The notes below the pieces were generated by a model. That model was not told where the DNA came from. It was given only the letters and a program-made list of their open reading frames with translations, and ran no database searches. A program made the position numbers and the translations under genes. DNA of 64,000 nt from Mytilus trossulus (Eukaryota). The stretch is taken from the NCBI RefSeq assembly GCF_036588685.1, contig NC_086379.1, positions 12,214,001-12,278,000 on the forward strand, given 5' to 3'. Every line of letters starts with the position of its first letter. Position 1 is the stretch's first letter. Below, in pieces: positions 62,214 through 64,000 of the stretch.

Positions 62214-64000
62214 AAAATTGGGACTTGGAATGTACGAACACTGTATCAAAGTGGAAAGAACTTTCAGACAGCCAAAGAAATGGACAGATACAGTATTGAA
62301 ATTTTAGGACTTAGTGAAGTAAGATGGAATACATCTGGCATGACAACGTTAAACACTGGTCATACCATCATCCACTCTGGTAACAAAAACGCCACTGACA
62401 CTCATGACAAAGATGTTGGATTTATGCTTACTAAAAAGGCAAAGCAGTCTCTCTTAGAATGGAATCCTGTGTCTTCTAGAATAATCACTGCCAGGTTTGA
62501 CACAAAATTTCAGAAAACAACCATAATCCAGGTTTACTCACCAACAAATAATGCAGATGAAGAAGAGAAAGATGACTTTTACAACTCTCTGCAGAACACT
62601 GTAAATTCTGTGCCTAAACGAGACATCCTCATGCTACTAGGAGACCTCAATGCAAAAGTGGGTAAGGACAGGACAGGGAGAGAAAGAGAAATGGGACCAA
62701 ATGGAATCGGTGAAATGAACGAGAACGGTGAAATCTTTGCTGATTTTTGTGCTGTAAACAGTCTAGTAATAGGTGGTACACTCTTCCCCCATAAAAACTG
62801 CCACAAAGTTACTTGGGTTTCGCCGAATGGAGTGACAGAAAATCAGATAGACCATATTGCTATATCCCAAAGATGGAGGTCATCTCTACAAGATGTACGA
62901 AACAAGAGAGAAGCAGATATAGCATCAGATCAACACCTAATCATTGCAATGATACAACTAAAACTACTTTCAACAAAAAAAGCAAAATCCAGGTGGCAGA
63001 AATTTAATGTTGATCTTTTCAAAGACCCTAAAGTTGTTCAAGACTACCACATTCTGCTGCAAAACAAATTTGGTGTACTTGAAAATCTACATGATGACGA
63101 AACTAGCATCAACACAGCATGGGAAATGACCAGAGATTCTATTGTTCAAGCATGTGAAGAAACTGTCGGCTATCTTTAACAAAACCGCAAGCAATGGATG
63201 TCAGAAAATACCTGGAAAATTGTCAAAGAAAGAAGACAAGTGAAAGAAAAGTTCTAACTGCTATAACTAGACAGCAGAAAAAGCAGACACAAGAACAGTA
63301 CAGCAATAAAGATAAAGAGGTGAAGAAAAGTTGCAAACAAGATAAACGGAACTTTGTAGAACAACTAGCCAAAGAAGCAGAAGCCGCCTGTAGCAAGGGA
63401 GACACCAAAACCCTATACAACATTACAAAGCAATTAAGCGGTAAACCACAAACTTCAGATACACCTATCAAAGATAAAAACAACAATACCCTCACTAAAC
63501 TGGAAGATCAACTTGAAAGGTGGAAAGAAGATTTCGAGCAGGTTCTCAACAGGCCCCCACCTACAGATCCACCTGAATTACAAAATGGTCCAATAATAAA
63601 CATCAAAACCAGCCAAATAACAAAAACTGAAATCAACAAAGCTATCAAAAGTCTAAAAAATGGAAAAGCAGGCGGCATTGATAACATACCACCAGAAGCT
63701 ATAAAAGTCTTGGATGATACATCTGTCCTTAGCCTGTTACAACTTCTAAATAAGATCTGGGAAGAAGAAGAAATACCAGATGATAGGAGTAAAGGACTTT
63801 TGGTAAAAATCCCTAAGAAAGGTAACAAGTCACTTTGCAAAAACTGGAGAGGTATCATTTTATTGTCCATACCTAGTAAACTGCTCTGCAGCACCATCCT
63901 TAGCAGAATGAAAAATGAAGTGGACAAGATACTTAGAGATGAACAAGCTGGCTTTAGACAAGAAAGATCATGTGTAGACCAAATAGCCACATTGAGAATT
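62214..64000 (+). mobile_element. RTE-clade non-LTR retrotransposon (APE endonuclease plus start of RT), inactivated; runs off the window
   Basis: KIGTWNVRTL, LGLSEVRW, VYSPT, LGDLNAKVG, NQIDHI, SDQHL, then GKAGGIDNIPPE, NWRGIILLS, EQAGFR..RSCVDQI. Nonsense TAA at 63177-63179 and a frameshift near 63250. Confidence 0.9.

Noticed and set aside
62579-63990. Minus-strand ORFs 62579-62806, 63223-63495 and 63508-63990
   Set aside because: Antisense shadows of the RTE LINE coding strand.

Overview
AT-rich, intron-rich animal DNA; the repeat families suggest a bivalve such as the mussel Mytilus (inference). Four spliced host genes were reconstructed by hand from GT-AG exons. (1) The 3' part of a CDH23/Cad87A-like transmembrane cadherin (+, to 13345). 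(2, 3) Two tandem paralogues encoding secreted, His-enriched proteins of only two cadherin domains (+, 20545-35328 and 37615-43651). (4) The 3' part of an ACSM-type acyl-CoA synthetase (-, 43955-60943, continuing beyond the window). The standout feature is in an ACSM intron: an apparently intact, young Penelope-like retroelement of the Naiad type (-, 49876-54346). Its single 1002-codon GIY-YIG + reverse transcriptase ORF is interrupted only by four in-frame TGA codons, all at cysteine-like positions, and a canonical type II SECIS hairpin follows the stop. It therefore looks like a selenocysteine-dependent transposon. The window also holds many minimal hammerhead-ribozyme (retrozyme-like) repeats, 3'-end fragments of Penelope-like families sharing a conserved motif, several TIR elements with clear TSDs, a Helentron-like element carrying ~500-bp tandem repeats, 54-bp and 44/88-bp minisatellites, and a decayed RTE LINE. 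Exon models are manual and lack RNA support.
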